Below, piece by piece: positions 21,029 through 30,709 of a stretch of DNA of 64,000 nucleotides. A model generated the notes under the pieces. That model saw nothing but the letters and a program-made list of their open reading frames with translations. It did not search any database and was not told where the DNA came from. The first letter of the stretch is position 1. Each line of letters starts with the position of its first letter. This DNA comes from Nitrospirota bacterium (GTDB lineage Bacteria > Nitrospirota > UBA9217). The position numbers and the translations under genes were made by a program. Where the stretch lies: positions 160,001 to 224,000 of the forward strand of contig CAWBNQ010000005.1 in assembly GCA_963790205.1 (NCBI GenBank), read 5' to 3'.

Positions 21029-21856
21029 TTATAATTTTTTTATACCGTTTTTGCAAAACGGCTCCCTGTTCGCGATACGCCTTTTGAGTATGGCCAGGTT
21101 GTGCTGATATTTTTCGTTTTCAAAGCTCCACGATGACGGGTGCCAGAGATGAAAGATTATGGCGAGGCCCCGCACCGACCGTACCCGCTTCCCCTGATTG
21201 AGCACGCGGATGCCCAGATCGTTGTCCTCGATGGAGCCGTCCAGAAAATCCTCGTCGCAGCCGTTGATCGCGACGAAGAGGTCTTTAGAAAGGCTGAAAT
21301 TGCAGCCCCAGACGCCGTCATCGGTTATCCGGTCCCGGTGTGCTATGCGCCTCAGAAAGGGGCTTCGTATCATGAGCGCCTCCTCGACCTTGCGTGATCC
21401 TCCCCGGAAGGAGTCCCATATGAGACGGGGAGCGAGAGAATTCAATACTCTCCCCTCCTTGAGTAAGCGTTCCGTCAAAGCCCTTCCGATCTCAACGCGT
21501 TTCCCGCTCAGGATGGCGTCAAGGCTGCCCTGTTCCGCGTGAGTGCGGACAAAATGCCGGTGAGCCATGCAGTCTCCGTCCAGGAAGACCAGATAGTCTC
21601 CCGCCGCTTGCCGCACGGTCTCGTTCAGGATCTTCGGTTTTCTGAAGCCTTTGTCCTCATGCCAGACATGCCTTATTGGAAATACCCTCTTGAGCTGCGC
21701 CTGCATTTCGAGCACCATATCCCGGGTCTCGGAAGCGCTCCCGTCATCGGCGATCAAGACCTCATGAGGCAGCACGCTCTGTTCTGCCAGGCTCAGCAAA
21801 CACAGCCTGAGGGCCTGGGGACGGTTATAAGTAGGCACAACAACGGTAATTTGCAT
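21029..21856 (-). CDS. GT2 glycosyltransferase
   Basis: PTYNRP, IADDGS, FLDGD, GCNFS, EDNDL, HLWH. Confidence 0.9.
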   Translation of the reverse strand: MQITVVVPTYNRPQALRLCLLSLAEQSVLPHEVLIADDGSASETRDMVLEMQAQLKRVFPIRHVWHEDKGFRKPKILNETVRQAAGDYLVFLDGDCMAHRHFVRTHAEQGSLDAILSGKRVEIGRALTERLLKEGRVLNSLAPRLIWDSFRGGSRKVEEALMIRSPFLRRIAHRDRITDDGVWGCNFSLSKDLFVAINGCDEDFLDGSIEDNDLGIRVLNQGKRVRSVRGLAIIFHLWHPSSWSFENEKYQHNLAILKRRIANREPFCKNGIKKL

Positions 21857-21908
21857 GTTCGTTCTTTACGTTTCCTTTGCTTTCGCGGCCGGGTCCGAAA
21901 TACCTCCG

Positions 21909-22844
21909 TTATTTTTTTATCAGATAAAAAGCGGCCTGGTCCCCCCGGTTCTCTCTGTTCAGTTTCTTTGCCCGGCGTTTCCATTGCCTGACCTGCGAGG
22001 ACGTAAAGGTCCGGCCTTTTGACGCGAGCGGGAGCCCCCTTTTGTACCGTTCGCTTCCCTCAAATTGATCTTTCGTGGAATCGAAGACCACGGTCCGCAC
22101 GTGAAATCCCGTTTTGTCGGCAAGGATGTTCATGCTTTCGAGGGACGGGAGCATGTAATGCCGCGGCGCGTCGAGCTGCACCCAGTATTCCCGATACTGT
22201 TCCCAGGCATGGGAAGAAACCGTAGGGACCCTGATCAGGCAGCATCCGCCCGCGGGAAGCAGCCTTGAGACCGCCGTGAGATCCCCGATCGGATCAGGGA
22301 CGTGTTCAAAAGAGTGATGATACATGATCAGGTCCCACTCTCCCCTGACGTCGTAAAGGGACTGTTTCAGGACCCGCAAGCCGTTTTCGTACGTTATATC
22401 CTCGCGTATATACGGGTCGATCCCGAGCACATTCCGAAACCCGAGCTCCCTCAGGGCATACAGCCGCCAGCCATCGCCGCACCCGACGTCCAGGACCCTC
22501 GAATCCGTGGTAAGCCCGACCTTCGCCAAAGGAGCGAGTTTTTTATTCGGTGAAAGCGCGGAAACCAGCGCGCCGAGGACGCCGTGATTGAACACCGTAT
22601 AATGGTCCTTCAGCCGTCTCAAAGCCTTGTCCACCGGGTTCTTTTGGAACCTCCGTTGTTTCGGCGAAAAACTGTAATAGTGCGGCGGGTAATATTTCTC
22701 CATGTTCGACGGGATCTCGGCTATCTGCAGGCACTTGCAGGCCGAACACTGAAAGTAGTCGAACCGGTCCTTATACCCGAACATCATTTCCTGGACGGAA
22801 TATACGGCGTTATTCCTGCTGTTTCCGCAGATCCTGCACATCAC
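21909..22844 (-). CDS. SAM-dependent methyltransferase with N-terminal Cys cluster
   Basis: CRIC...CSAC zinc motif, LDVGCGDG, HSFEHVPDP, DAPRH. Confidence 0.88.
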   Translation of the reverse strand: MMCRICGNSRNNAVYSVQEMMFGYKDRFDYFQCSACKCLQIAEIPSNMEKYYPPHYYSFSPKQRRFQKNPVDKALRRLKDHYTVFNHGVLGALVSALSPNKKLAPLAKVGLTTDSRVLDVGCGDGWRLYALRELGFRNVLGIDPYIREDITYENGLRVLKQSLYDVRGEWDLIMYHHSFEHVPDPIGDLTAVSRLLPAGGCCLIRVPTVSSHAWEQYREYWVQLDAPRHYMLPSLESMNILADKTGFHVRTVVFDSTKDQFEGSERYKRGLPLASKGRTFTSSQVRQWKRRAKKLNRENRGDQAAFYLIKK

Positions 22845-22870
22845 TGGAGGTCACCCGTCCGAGCGCGATT

Positions 22871-23536
22871 TTAGTTGAACGCAAATATGCTCTTCACTTT
22901 TTTTCTGAAATCCCTGAGCTTCAGTCTGAATTTCAACCGTTTGAAATAAAAATTATCAAAATCGCTGTCGCGCAGCTCTTTCGTCTTTTTGTTGGTGACG
23001 ATGCTGTAGAGCTTGTATCCGGACAGATTATTCTCCGTAAAATGCACCGGTTTTTTTGCCTTGAGTAGGACCCCCGGCATCTCCGGATCTCCCTGCAGCG
23101 CCTGTATCTCGAAGTCCGAAAAAATATTTTTCATGTCTTCCTGCTCGTATCTCCAGAAATCGTAGGGGAAGCCGTGGTACTTGAAGCCGTGGGAACGGGT
23201 GGTAAGCAGAACGACCCCTCCCGGCCTGCAGATGTTCTTGATATTCGAGACGACCATTCTCCAATCCCGTATATGCTCGAGCATTTCCGTGGATATGACG
23301 GCGTCAAAGCTTTCTTTGCCGAAGGTATGCAGGATATCCTCGGCCCTGCACACGACGTCGACACCCCGTCCTTTTTCTATGTCAACACCAACGTATTCAC
23401 GGGGGCCGAGCGCCTCGACGGTCGGTCTCAGGTTGCCGTTCACGTCCACGGAACCGACCTCCAGGACCCGTTTCCCCTTGATCTCTTCCCCGGTCAGGTT
23501 CTTAGCGCCGAACAGGATGCAGCTTTGATTGCACAT
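22871..23536 (-). CDS. Methyltransferase type 11
   Basis: LEVGS.DVNG, EMLEH, HGFPYDFWR; ATG overlaps the upstream stop. Confidence 0.85.
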   Translation of the reverse strand: MCNQSCILFGAKNLTGEEIKGKRVLEVGSVDVNGNLRPTVEALGPREYVGVDIEKGRGVDVVCRAEDILHTFGKESFDAVISTEMLEHIRDWRMVVSNIKNICRPGGVVLLTTRSHGFKYHGFPYDFWRYEQEDMKNIFSDFEIQALQGDPEMPGVLLKAKKPVHFTENNLSGYKLYSIVTNKKTKELRDSDFDNFYFKRLKFRLKLRDFRKKVKSIFAFN

Positions 23537-24660
23537 TATAATACTCTCCCTTGAATGATTGCGCTTTTCGGCATAACGGCCAGTGATTGAAAGAACCGGA
23601 AGTAATCGTCGGTCATCCGCTGTCTGCTGTAGCGCTCCGCTGTCCATCGAGGGCCTGCGTCGGCCATTGAGGCGCGCAGGGATTCGTTCTTCAATATCCT
23701 GATCACTTCCGATGCCATTCTCTCGGGCCCCCCGTCCACGAGAACTCCAGCCGGACAGCCTTCAAGAGAATCGCGGATGCCCCCTTCGTTTACCGAAACG
23801 ACCGGCGTTCCCGCGGCAAGGGACTTCAGCACCCAGATGCCGAACCCTTCGTTGCGATGGGTGCTGACCGCGACGTTGATGTCGGCATAGAAGGAGAGCA
23901 TGTCCTCTTTGGACAGCCTGCCGGTCCAAAGTATGGCTTGAGTGAGGCCGAGCTCTTCTGCGCGCTGCTTGAACGCCTCGACCGGGCCGGTCCCGTTTTC
24001 AGAGCCCACGAGCGCAAACCGTGTTCCGGGAAGCTCTTTATTGATCAAAACCAGGGCGTCGAGGAACTCGATCTGGTTCTTCCAGAGATCCCCCACCGTG
24101 CCGATGATCCGGGCGTCGTTGGGAAGACCGAAGCGGCTTCTCAGTATCCCGCGGCGGACATTCTCCGGCTTGAACTTGTCGAGGTCTATGCCGTAATAGA
24201 TGATGCTGGTCCGGGCGGCGAGCTTCGGGGAGTAAGAAACGATCCGGTCCCTTATGTGTCGCGAGATGGTCACGATCTTTTTCATGCGCGAAAGAAGGAA
24301 CCGCGATCTGAGGAACTCCGGCACCTGGGGCGTATACATGAGCGCCGGATTTCGCCCGGACAGCTTGGCACCGAGCCATGACTGGATGATATCGTGGCCG
24401 CGCTGGATATCGATGATCTCGTATCTATTCTCTTTGATGATCTTCGCTGTCTTGAATACCGCGCTTATCGTGCTCAGGCCCGAGCGTTTGATCGGATGAA
24501 GCGTGATATCGCTGCCCGTGAAAATATCCACAAGCGGCGTGCCGGGCCGGCAGACAAGGCCGACGCTCACTCCTTTTGCTGCAAGACCTGGGAGCAGGTC
24601 GCGCAAAAATTCCTCTCCCCCGCCCCTTCCCCTGAAGTTGTTCACAAACAGTATTTTCAC
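23536..24660 (-). CDS. GT4 glycosyltransferase
   Basis: GTG start reading KILFVNN..GGGE; EGFGIWVLK motif has Lys in place of the second Glu. Confidence 0.85.
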   Translation of the reverse strand: MKILFVNNFRGRGGGEEFLRDLLPGLAAKGVSVGLVCRPGTPLVDIFTGSDITLHPIKRSGLSTISAVFKTAKIIKENRYEIIDIQRGHDIIQSWLGAKLSGRNPALMYTPQVPEFLRSRFLLSRMKKIVTISRHIRDRIVSYSPKLAARTSIIYYGIDLDKFKPENVRRGILRSRFGLPNDARIIGTVGDLWKNQIEFLDALVLINKELPGTRFALVGSENGTGPVEAFKQRAEELGLTQAILWTGRLSKEDMLSFYADINVAVSTHRNEGFGIWVLKSLAAGTPVVSVNEGGIRDSLEGCPAGVLVDGGPERMASEVIRILKNESLRASMADAGPRWTAERYSRQRMTDDYFRFFQSLAVMPKSAIIQGRVL

Positions 24661-24701
24661 TAAGCCTGTCCTTTTTCTTGCCTTTTGCTCCTTACTCCTT
24701 A

Positions 24702-25478
24702 CTACCGAACTCCCAACTGCTTTCTCTCTTTCCATTCCCACGCCTTCGCATACTTGGCAAACACGTAATAGGAGTGGAAGAGGTTCAGTACAAGCCCGCG
24801 CTTCTTGTCAAGGAAACCGAGACGGAAGAAGTATTTGAGCATGAACGTAAAGACCGGCCTGAACAGGATGTTGACCCAGCCGGACTTGAAAGCACTGATG
24901 CCCCTCTCCGCCATGACGGTAACGGCAAGGGAGGAATACTTGTTGATCGAGGACATGTACGAAGCGAGATCGGGATAGGCGTAATGGAGCAGGGCGTGAC
25001 GGGTGTTGCCGACCCTGCCCTGGACCTTGATCGCTTCGTGCACGACCCGTTCTTCGAACCGGCCTTTCCCCTTGCGGAACAAGCGGAGGTTGTAGTCCGG
25101 ATACCAGCCCCCGTAGCGGACCTGTTCCCCGAGAAAGAAGGTTTTACGCGGTATGCGGTATCCGTCGAACGAACCGGACCGCGAGATGATGTCCCGGATC
25201 TCTTCAGCGAGGGCCGGTTCTATCGGTTCATCCGCGTCCAGGCTCAGGACCCAGTCGCCTGAGGTCCTGTCTATGGCCGCATTTTTCTGGCGCGCGAATC
25301 CGGGCCAATCCTGGTGGATGACCTTGTCGGTATATTCGCGGCAGATGGCGATGGTCTTGTCTGTGCTGCCCGAATCAACGACCACGATCTCGTCGGCCCA
25401 TGCCACGCTTTCGAGGGTGCGGCGGATGTTCTTTTCTTCGTTATGGGTGATGATAGCGACGGAAAGTTTCTGTGTCAT
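24702..25478 (-). CDS. GT2 LPS core glycosyltransferase (WaaE/KdtX-like)
   Basis: LSVAIITHNEE, VDSGSTD, QKN.A, LDADE, WYPDY, VHE. Confidence 0.88.
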   Translation of the reverse strand: MTQKLSVAIITHNEEKNIRRTLESVAWADEIVVVDSGSTDKTIAICREYTDKVIHQDWPGFARQKNAAIDRTSGDWVLSLDADEPIEPALAEEIRDIISRSGSFDGYRIPRKTFFLGEQVRYGGWYPDYNLRLFRKGKGRFEERVVHEAIKVQGRVGNTRHALLHYAYPDLASYMSSINKYSSLAVTVMAERGISAFKSGWVNILFRPVFTFMLKYFFRLGFLDKKRGLVLNLFHSYYVFAKYAKAWEWKERKQLGVR

Positions 25479-25479
25479 A

Positions 25480-26544
25480 TTAATTCCGCGTAAGCTCCGG
25501 AACAATGGTCCTGACCTTCTGTTCAACGGCCTCGAGCGCCTCCTCCATGGCGATCCGTTTCATGCACTCATTGTCAGCGCACTTGTGCGGTTTGCAGGGA
25601 TAGCAGGAGAGCCGCTTGGTAATGACGGTATGGCCTTGGCCCCAGGGCCCCCACTTGCGCTCGTCCGTGGGGCCGAAGAGGGCGACAACGGGCACGCCTG
25701 TTGCAGCCGCCATGTGCATGGGTCCGGAATCTACGCCGAAGAACAAATTCGCCGCCCGGTATACCGAGATGTTTTCACGCAGGTCCGTGGCCCCGCAGAG
25801 GTCGAGACCGTTGAAGGGCCCCTGTTCCTCGATCTCGCGATAGAGCGCCGCGTCGTTTTTGGCGCCGGTATAGATGAAGCGGGCTTTGTACCGGTCCCGG
25901 AGCGCACGCATGACCGCAGCGAAGCGATCGAGCGGCCACTGCTTTGCCGGGAGGCTTGCCGCAGGGTGAATGATGATCTTCAGTTCATCGGTTTTCCATC
26001 CCGCCTGGGCGAAGCGCGCCTTGACCTTTGCGTCATTTTCCGGCGTGGGCCAGAGTTCAAGAGCTTTTGACCGAATCGGGGCGTCGATTGCGCGCAGACA
26101 GTCGAGAAAATTTTCCACCTCGTGCTGGTCGTGGCGGTATACTACGCTATCGGTCAGGAGCATTCCCCGCCCTTCGGTGGCAAAGCCGATCCTGCGCGGC
26201 ACGCCCGCGGCCCGGACAAGCAGCGCGCTCGAAAGGGAGCGCTTCAGCACGAACGCCGCATCATATCGCTCTTTTTTAATAAGCTTCCAGTAATGGATAT
26301 AGCCGGCGAGTCTGCCGCGTTCCGTGGCGGCGCTGTAGGTGTGGATGGTCTTGAACTCGAAAGGGACCACCCGGTCCACATACGGGCAGCCTTCGAGCAC
26401 CCGGCCGGAGAATGGCTCGATCATGAGGTCTATTCGCGCCGCGGGAAAGGCTTCGCGGAGGTTCCTGAGGAACGGGACCGTCAGGACCGTGTCGCCGATA
26501 AAGCGGTAACGCATCACCAGTATTTTTTTCGCCGTCAGCTTCAT
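25480..26544 (-). CDS. waaF: GT9 LPS heptosyltransferase II-like
   Basis: IGDTVLTVP, KQWP, DSGPMHMAAA, LFGPT, C-terminal Cys cluster. Confidence 0.8.
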   Translation of the reverse strand: MKLTAKKILVMRYRFIGDTVLTVPFLRNLREAFPAARIDLMIEPFSGRVLEGCPYVDRVVPFEFKTIHTYSAATERGRLAGYIHYWKLIKKERYDAAFVLKRSLSSALLVRAAGVPRRIGFATEGRGMLLTDSVVYRHDQHEVENFLDCLRAIDAPIRSKALELWPTPENDAKVKARFAQAGWKTDELKIIIHPAASLPAKQWPLDRFAAVMRALRDRYKARFIYTGAKNDAALYREIEEQGPFNGLDLCGATDLRENISVYRAANLFFGVDSGPMHMAAATGVPVVALFGPTDERKWGPWGQGHTVITKRLSCYPCKPHKCADNECMKRIAMEEALEAVEQKVRTIVPELTRN

Positions 26545-26635
26545 GTCGCAGTATCGTTAGGATTAAACCACCAACGCAAAGATGCTCCGGGAATAATTTG
26601 AAGTAAGATCGCAGGAGAGTCTCGTGCAGCTGTAA

Positions 26636-27676
26636 TTAACTCGCCTTGCCGGGCAACGCTTCCGTTGTCTCCCTCTTGTGCTCCTCCACCCTGTCTGCAA
26701 GAAACGTGATAAGAGGGCCGAGTCCGGCGCCGGTGACCGCGGATATGGGAAAGAACTCAACACCCGCTTCGCGGCAGAACCGCGTCAGTTCCTCAAGCTT
26801 GTCCGGCTCCGCGGCATCGATTTTCGTCGCGGCCACGGCCATATACTTCTTCAGCAGCTCCTTGCTGTACAGTTCCAGTTCGTTATTGATCTTCTTGAAA
26901 TTCTCCACCGGGTCGCCGGGCGCGAGGCCCGACACGTCCACCATATGGAGAAGGATGGACGTCCGCTCGATATGACGCAGGAAGTCGAACCCGAGGCCCG
27001 CCCCTTTATGCGCGTTCTCGATAAGACCGGGGATATCGGCCACCACAAAGCTCTTCCTGTTTTCCGGCTTCACCACCCCGAGCACCGGCGTGAGCGTGGT
27101 GAAGGGATAGTCCGCGATCTTGGGCTTGGCCGCGGAGATGCGGGAGATCAGTGTGGATTTGCCCGCATTCGGGAAGCCAACGAGCCCCACGTCAGCGAGC
27201 AGTTTCAGTTCGAGGAACAGGGTCTGTTCCTCGCCCGGCTCGCCCGGCTGGGAAAAGCGCGGCGCCTGACGGGTCGCGGTCTTGAAAAATGCGTTCCCCT
27301 TGCCTCCCCTGCCGCCTTTGGCGACCGTATACCCCTTGCCGTCGGCGTCGAGGTCCACGATCAGTCCGTGGCTCTCCGCGTCGTACACCAGCGTGCCCAC
27401 GGGCACGCGGATGACGATGTCCTCCGCCTCGGCGCCGGATTGCTGCTTGCCGCGGCCCTGTTCGCCGCTCTTGGCGAAATAGTTCTGCTGGTACCTGAGG
27501 TCGATGAGCGTGCCGAGCTGGCCGTCGGCCAGGATGATGATATCGCCGCCTTTGCCGCCGTCGCCGCCGTCGGGTCCGCCGCGCGGAACATAGGCCTCGC
27601 GCCTGAAGCTGATGCAGCCCTGCCCTCCGTGGCCCGCCTTAACGTTGATCTTGACCCGGTCTATAAAATTGGACAT
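26636..27676 (-). CDS. obgE: GTPase ObgE
   Basis: Gly-rich Obg domain, GFPNAGKST, YPFTT, DIPG, TKID. Confidence 0.97.
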   Translation of the reverse strand: MSNFIDRVKINVKAGHGGQGCISFRREAYVPRGGPDGGDGGKGGDIIILADGQLGTLIDLRYQQNYFAKSGEQGRGKQQSGAEAEDIVIRVPVGTLVYDAESHGLIVDLDADGKGYTVAKGGRGGKGNAFFKTATRQAPRFSQPGEPGEEQTLFLELKLLADVGLVGFPNAGKSTLISRISAAKPKIADYPFTTLTPVLGVVKPENRKSFVVADIPGLIENAHKGAGLGFDFLRHIERTSILLHMVDVSGLAPGDPVENFKKINNELELYSKELLKKYMAVAATKIDAAEPDKLEELTRFCREAGVEFFPISAVTGAGLGPLITFLADRVEEHKRETTEALPGKAS

Positions 27677-27870
27677 CGCTGGACAGTAGCTTTCTCCCTT
27701 TGTTTCAAAGGGTTAATAACGTATTTAAATAGCATTTTCAATGCATTGAAATATACAGAGATACGCCTCAAAATGCAAGTGTGAAAGACGTCAGGGACAA
27801 CACCGCATCGTGGGTGAACGCAGGCATTCCTCAGGCATGCAATGCCGTGGCAAGCAGAGCACTTGAGGGC

Positions 27871-27905
27871 AAAATAAAAAGGCGGCATGGTTAAATGCCG
27901 CCTTT
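27871..27905 (-). terminator. Rho-independent terminator after rpmA
   Basis: AAAGGCGGCAT-ggttaa-ATGCCGCCTTT stem with a U-tract on the minus strand. Confidence 0.85.
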
Positions 27906-27933
27906 GAAAATTACCGTTGATGGAGCTTGGAGC

Positions 27934-28194
27934 TTACGGCGCCGGTGCGTAAACGCTCACCTGCTTGCGGGTCTTGTCGTAGCGCTCGAATTTCACCACG
28001 CCGTTAACCTTGGCAAAGAGCGTATCGTCGCTGCCCTTTCCAACGTTCGTGCCGGGATGGAACTTCGTCCCGCGCTGCCGGACGATGATCGTCCCCGCGT
28101 GGACCGTCTCGCCGTCATAGCGTTTTACGCCGAGGTACTGCGGTTTGCTGTCCCTGCCGTTCCGTGAACTGCCGACGCCTTTTTTATGAGCCAT
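27934..28194 (-). CDS. rpmA: 50S ribosomal protein L27
   Basis: [29 protein letters not shown]. Confidence 0.98.
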   Translation of the reverse strand: MAHKKGVGSSRNGRDSKPQYLGVKRYDGETVHAGTIIVRQRGTKFHPGTNVGKGSDDTLFAKVNGVVKFERYDKTRKQVSVYAPAP

Positions 28195-28209
28195 TTAGAT
28201 CCTCCGAAT

Positions 28210-28338
28210 AAATCCCAAATAACAAGCACCAAATATCAAACAAATTTTAATGCTCAAGCACCAATTGCCAAACATTTGGAATTTGATAATTTGGAGATTG
28301 GAATTTATTTGTAATTTGTTGATTTGAAATTTTGTTTT
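28210..28338. repeat. AT-rich 7-nt-periodic inverted repeat element
   Basis: AAATCCC AAATAAC AAGCACC AAATATC AAAC left arm; complementary TTTGGAA TTTGATA ATTTGGA GATTGGA right arm. Confidence 0.75.
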
Positions 28339-28339
28339 A

Positions 28340-28651
28340 TTATGCCTTTATCTCTTTTACCTTGATCGCCGTGAAATTCTGGCGATGGCCGTTGGTCCTG
28401 CGGTAGCCCTTGCGGCGCCGGTGCTTGAAGATGAGGAGCTTTTCGCCCCTGCCGTCTTCCACCACTTCCGCCGTAACGCTGGCCGAGGCGAGCGTGGGCC
28501 TGCCCACGGACACCTTGTCTCCGTCCGCGATCATGTAAACTTCCTTGAGCTCTATCGTGTCGCCCTTCTTGGCATCCAGGGTCTCCACTCTGACAACGTC
28601 GCCGGGAGAAACCTTATACTGTTTTCCTCCGGTCGTAATGACTGCGTACAT
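28340..28651 (-). CDS. rplU: 50S ribosomal protein L21
   Basis: MYAVITTGGKQYKV, GHRQNFT; AAGGAGG RBS. Confidence 0.98.
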   Translation of the reverse strand: MYAVITTGGKQYKVSPGDVVRVETLDAKKGDTIELKEVYMIADGDKVSVGRPTLASASVTAEVVEDGRGEKLLIFKHRRRKGYRRTNGHRQNFTAIKVKEIKA

Positions 28652-28710
28652 GATGTGAAACCTCCTTCGCTGAAACATCCGCGTTCTTCTGATTCACTTT
28701 AAGAGCCCGT

Positions 28711-28740
28711 AAAATACCATGTAACTTGTGGACTTGTCAA
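28711..28740 (-). promoter_or_regulatory. Putative sigma70 promoter of rplU-rpmA
   Basis: TTGACA-18 nt-TATTTT with an extended TG on the minus strand. Confidence 0.6.
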
Positions 28741-29048
28741 GGGAAAAATATCATAAAATGTCGGCATAAATACGATATTTCACTCCCGGCATGCTTTGCG
28801 AGCTTCTTCGCTGCCGTCATTCTCAGCGTCAGTCAGCAAAGGATCTTCAATTCTTGCCAGGACTGCTTCAACTAAAGTAGCTCTTTAAAATGACTGAGCC
28901 GCCGTTGTTTCAACAGCCCTTCAGGGAACGCACCGCCATACAGACGCCTCTCCCTACACTACAATCTAAGGTGAGCCGGCCCTAAAGGGTTATTGTTCGG
29001 CCGTTGTTCTCCGTAATACCGTAGTTGCATGCGATTTGCGCGGCTTTC

Positions 29049-29076
29049 TTGACAATCACAAATACCGTGATAGGAT
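29049..29076 (+). promoter_or_regulatory. Putative sigma70 promoter with ATCAC-N7-GTGAT palindrome in the spacer
   Basis: TTGACA atcacaaataccgtga TAGGAT (TGn extended -10). Confidence 0.6.
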
Positions 29077-29118
29077 TTAAATAAGCTCAGGTTAGGATAA
29101 AAAAAGGAGGCGATTAAT

Positions 29119-29520
29119 ATGAAAAAGCTTATCCCGATATTGACGGTAATGGCGCTTGTGCTCGCTGTTGGAGTGGTTTATGCGTATGCGGATGAGAGCA
29201 TGCCTATGGCGAAAGATTTGAGAAGCATTGTACAAGATGATAACATTACGTATGCCGCATTGGATAACGGCGTTACATTTGTCGGCATGGTAGAGCCGGG
29301 CATAAAGTGCTTCAGTGAAGGAGGCGAAGCAGGAGGCGGCATGGCAGTAAGCAAAGAGTTGCGCAGAACCGTGCAGGATGATAGATTTACCTATACTGCG
29401 CCGGATAACGGGATTTCGTTCGCGGCAGAAATCCCCACCTTGACCTGTTCATGGGGCCGGGGACTTGGGCGGAGTCTTGAGTTGCACAATGGCATTACCG
29501 TTCCCGGAGGAACTGAGTGA
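29119..29520 (+). CDS. Secreted hypothetical protein with an internal tandem repeat
   Basis: AAGGAGG RBS, signal peptide (AYA), two copies of LRxxVQDDxxTYxAxDNG. Confidence 0.85.
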   Translation: MKKLIPILTVMALVLAVGVVYAYADESMPMAKDLRSIVQDDNITYAALDNGVTFVGMVEPGIKCFSEGGEAGGGMAVSKELRRTVQDDRFTYTAPDNGISFAAEIPTLTCSWGRGLGRSLELHNGITVPGGTE

Positions 29521-29590
29521 AGATCGATAGTTTCCTCTTACCACGACGTAATTCCATGACAGGTGCATGAGCAGAGGATACAAGCACCAC

Positions 29591-29636
29591 AAAATAAAAA
29601 ATAGCAGGCTGAATCTCAGCCTGCTATTTTTTATTT
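29591..29636. terminator. Bidirectional intrinsic terminator
   Basis: AAATAAAAAATAGCAGGCTGA-atc-TCAGCCTGCTATTTTTTATTT between convergent genes. Confidence 0.9.
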
Positions 29637-29691
29637 CCCGGGTCCCCCGCGAGGATATTCCAGCCCGGTTCTGTAACACGCAATCTTCGGG

Positions 29692-30333
29692 TTACGGGAA
29701 GACGGCTCCCTGCGTTTTGCCGTGGATGGTCGATTCATCGTACCCCTTCTCTTCCGCGTTCAGTTTCTGCATTCGCGCGCGGCTCAGCGCCCGCACTTCG
29801 CGGTCGAGCTCGGCACAACTCGCGGCCGGAGGCAATGCGGCAATGGCGCGGGAAAGTTCGGTTGCCGCCTCCACCGCCATGTCGCGATGTCCGTTTTCAT
29901 GCGTGATCAGGTGCTTCATGTAGCCATCCCATTTGTCCACAAGCGCTTGGGGAGCGCCGTCGGCATGCACCCATTTGGGATAGCGGTAGCTTATTTCAAG
30001 GGCCACTTTAAAGGAATCCGCGGTACATGCCCGGGGCGCGCGGTCATATCCGTAATCCATTTTCCAGCGCCACATTGTCACGGAATCGTACTTTTCCCCG
30101 TCGTTAAACGCGCAGCCGTTCCGGCACATCTGGCCCCGTAATTCTTTTTCGCTGTTTCCCCTAATCTCGTAATATTCATATTTCTCGGTCACCACCGGAG
30201 CAACAACTCTGTTTTGTATCCCGGGGTGGAGGGCCTTGTCAACGCTTGCGACATTGAACCTGCCTTCTGCCGCGAAGGCTGTTGCGGCAGCGGCAATAAG
30301 CAGGAGGGAAAAGGCGCTTACCTTTATCATCAC
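29692..30333 (-). CDS. DUF922-like secreted putative Zn-dependent protease
   Basis: Signal peptide, YYEIRG, YPKW, HENGH (HExxH). Confidence 0.8.
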   Translation of the reverse strand: MMIKVSAFSLLLIAAAATAFAAEGRFNVASVDKALHPGIQNRVVAPVVTEKYEYYEIRGNSEKELRGQMCRNGCAFNDGEKYDSVTMWRWKMDYGYDRAPRACTADSFKVALEISYRYPKWVHADGAPQALVDKWDGYMKHLITHENGHRDMAVEAATELSRAIAALPPAASCAELDREVRALSRARMQKLNAEEKGYDESTIHGKTQGAVFP

Positions 30334-30650
30334 TGGACTCCGATCAATGCTATGGGCTCTGCGCGATAGAAAATCTTCATTTTAAAAAATGCTCAAATAC
30401 ACCTTTTCGGCAGAAGAACGTGCGGCATGTAAGAACTGCGGCCGGCAAATCTTTTACTCAGAATTGTTTCATGATACGTCTTTCAGCATTTCAATTCAAG
30501 ATAGAAATACTGAAAAAACACCGGCGAGAAACCATGATTGGACGCGAATATAATATTATTACTTAAGTAGCATAGCTCTCCTCAATACTTGTACAGACTC
30601 TCAAAAAGGAACTCATGCGGCCTTCCGTCTATTTCTTCTGCAAACAGGAT

Positions 30651-30680
30651 TTGACACGCCATCCAACAGCCTGCTAGAAT
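30651..30680 (+). promoter_or_regulatory. Putative sigma70 promoter of prmA
   Basis: TTGACA-18 nt-TAGAAT with an extended TG. Confidence 0.6.
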
Positions 30681-30709
30681 GAATCAAACTTAAGAGGCCC
30701 GTTTTTTTC

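Noticed and set aside
26678..27784. 368 aa plus-strand ORF and similar long antisense ORFs (19328-20317, 25153-26070, 58447-59430)
   Set aside because: They lie opposite well-supported genes and are typical high-GC shadow frames.
28896..29010. 6S RNA or riboswitch
   Set aside because: No recognisable conserved motifs or typical gene context by eye.
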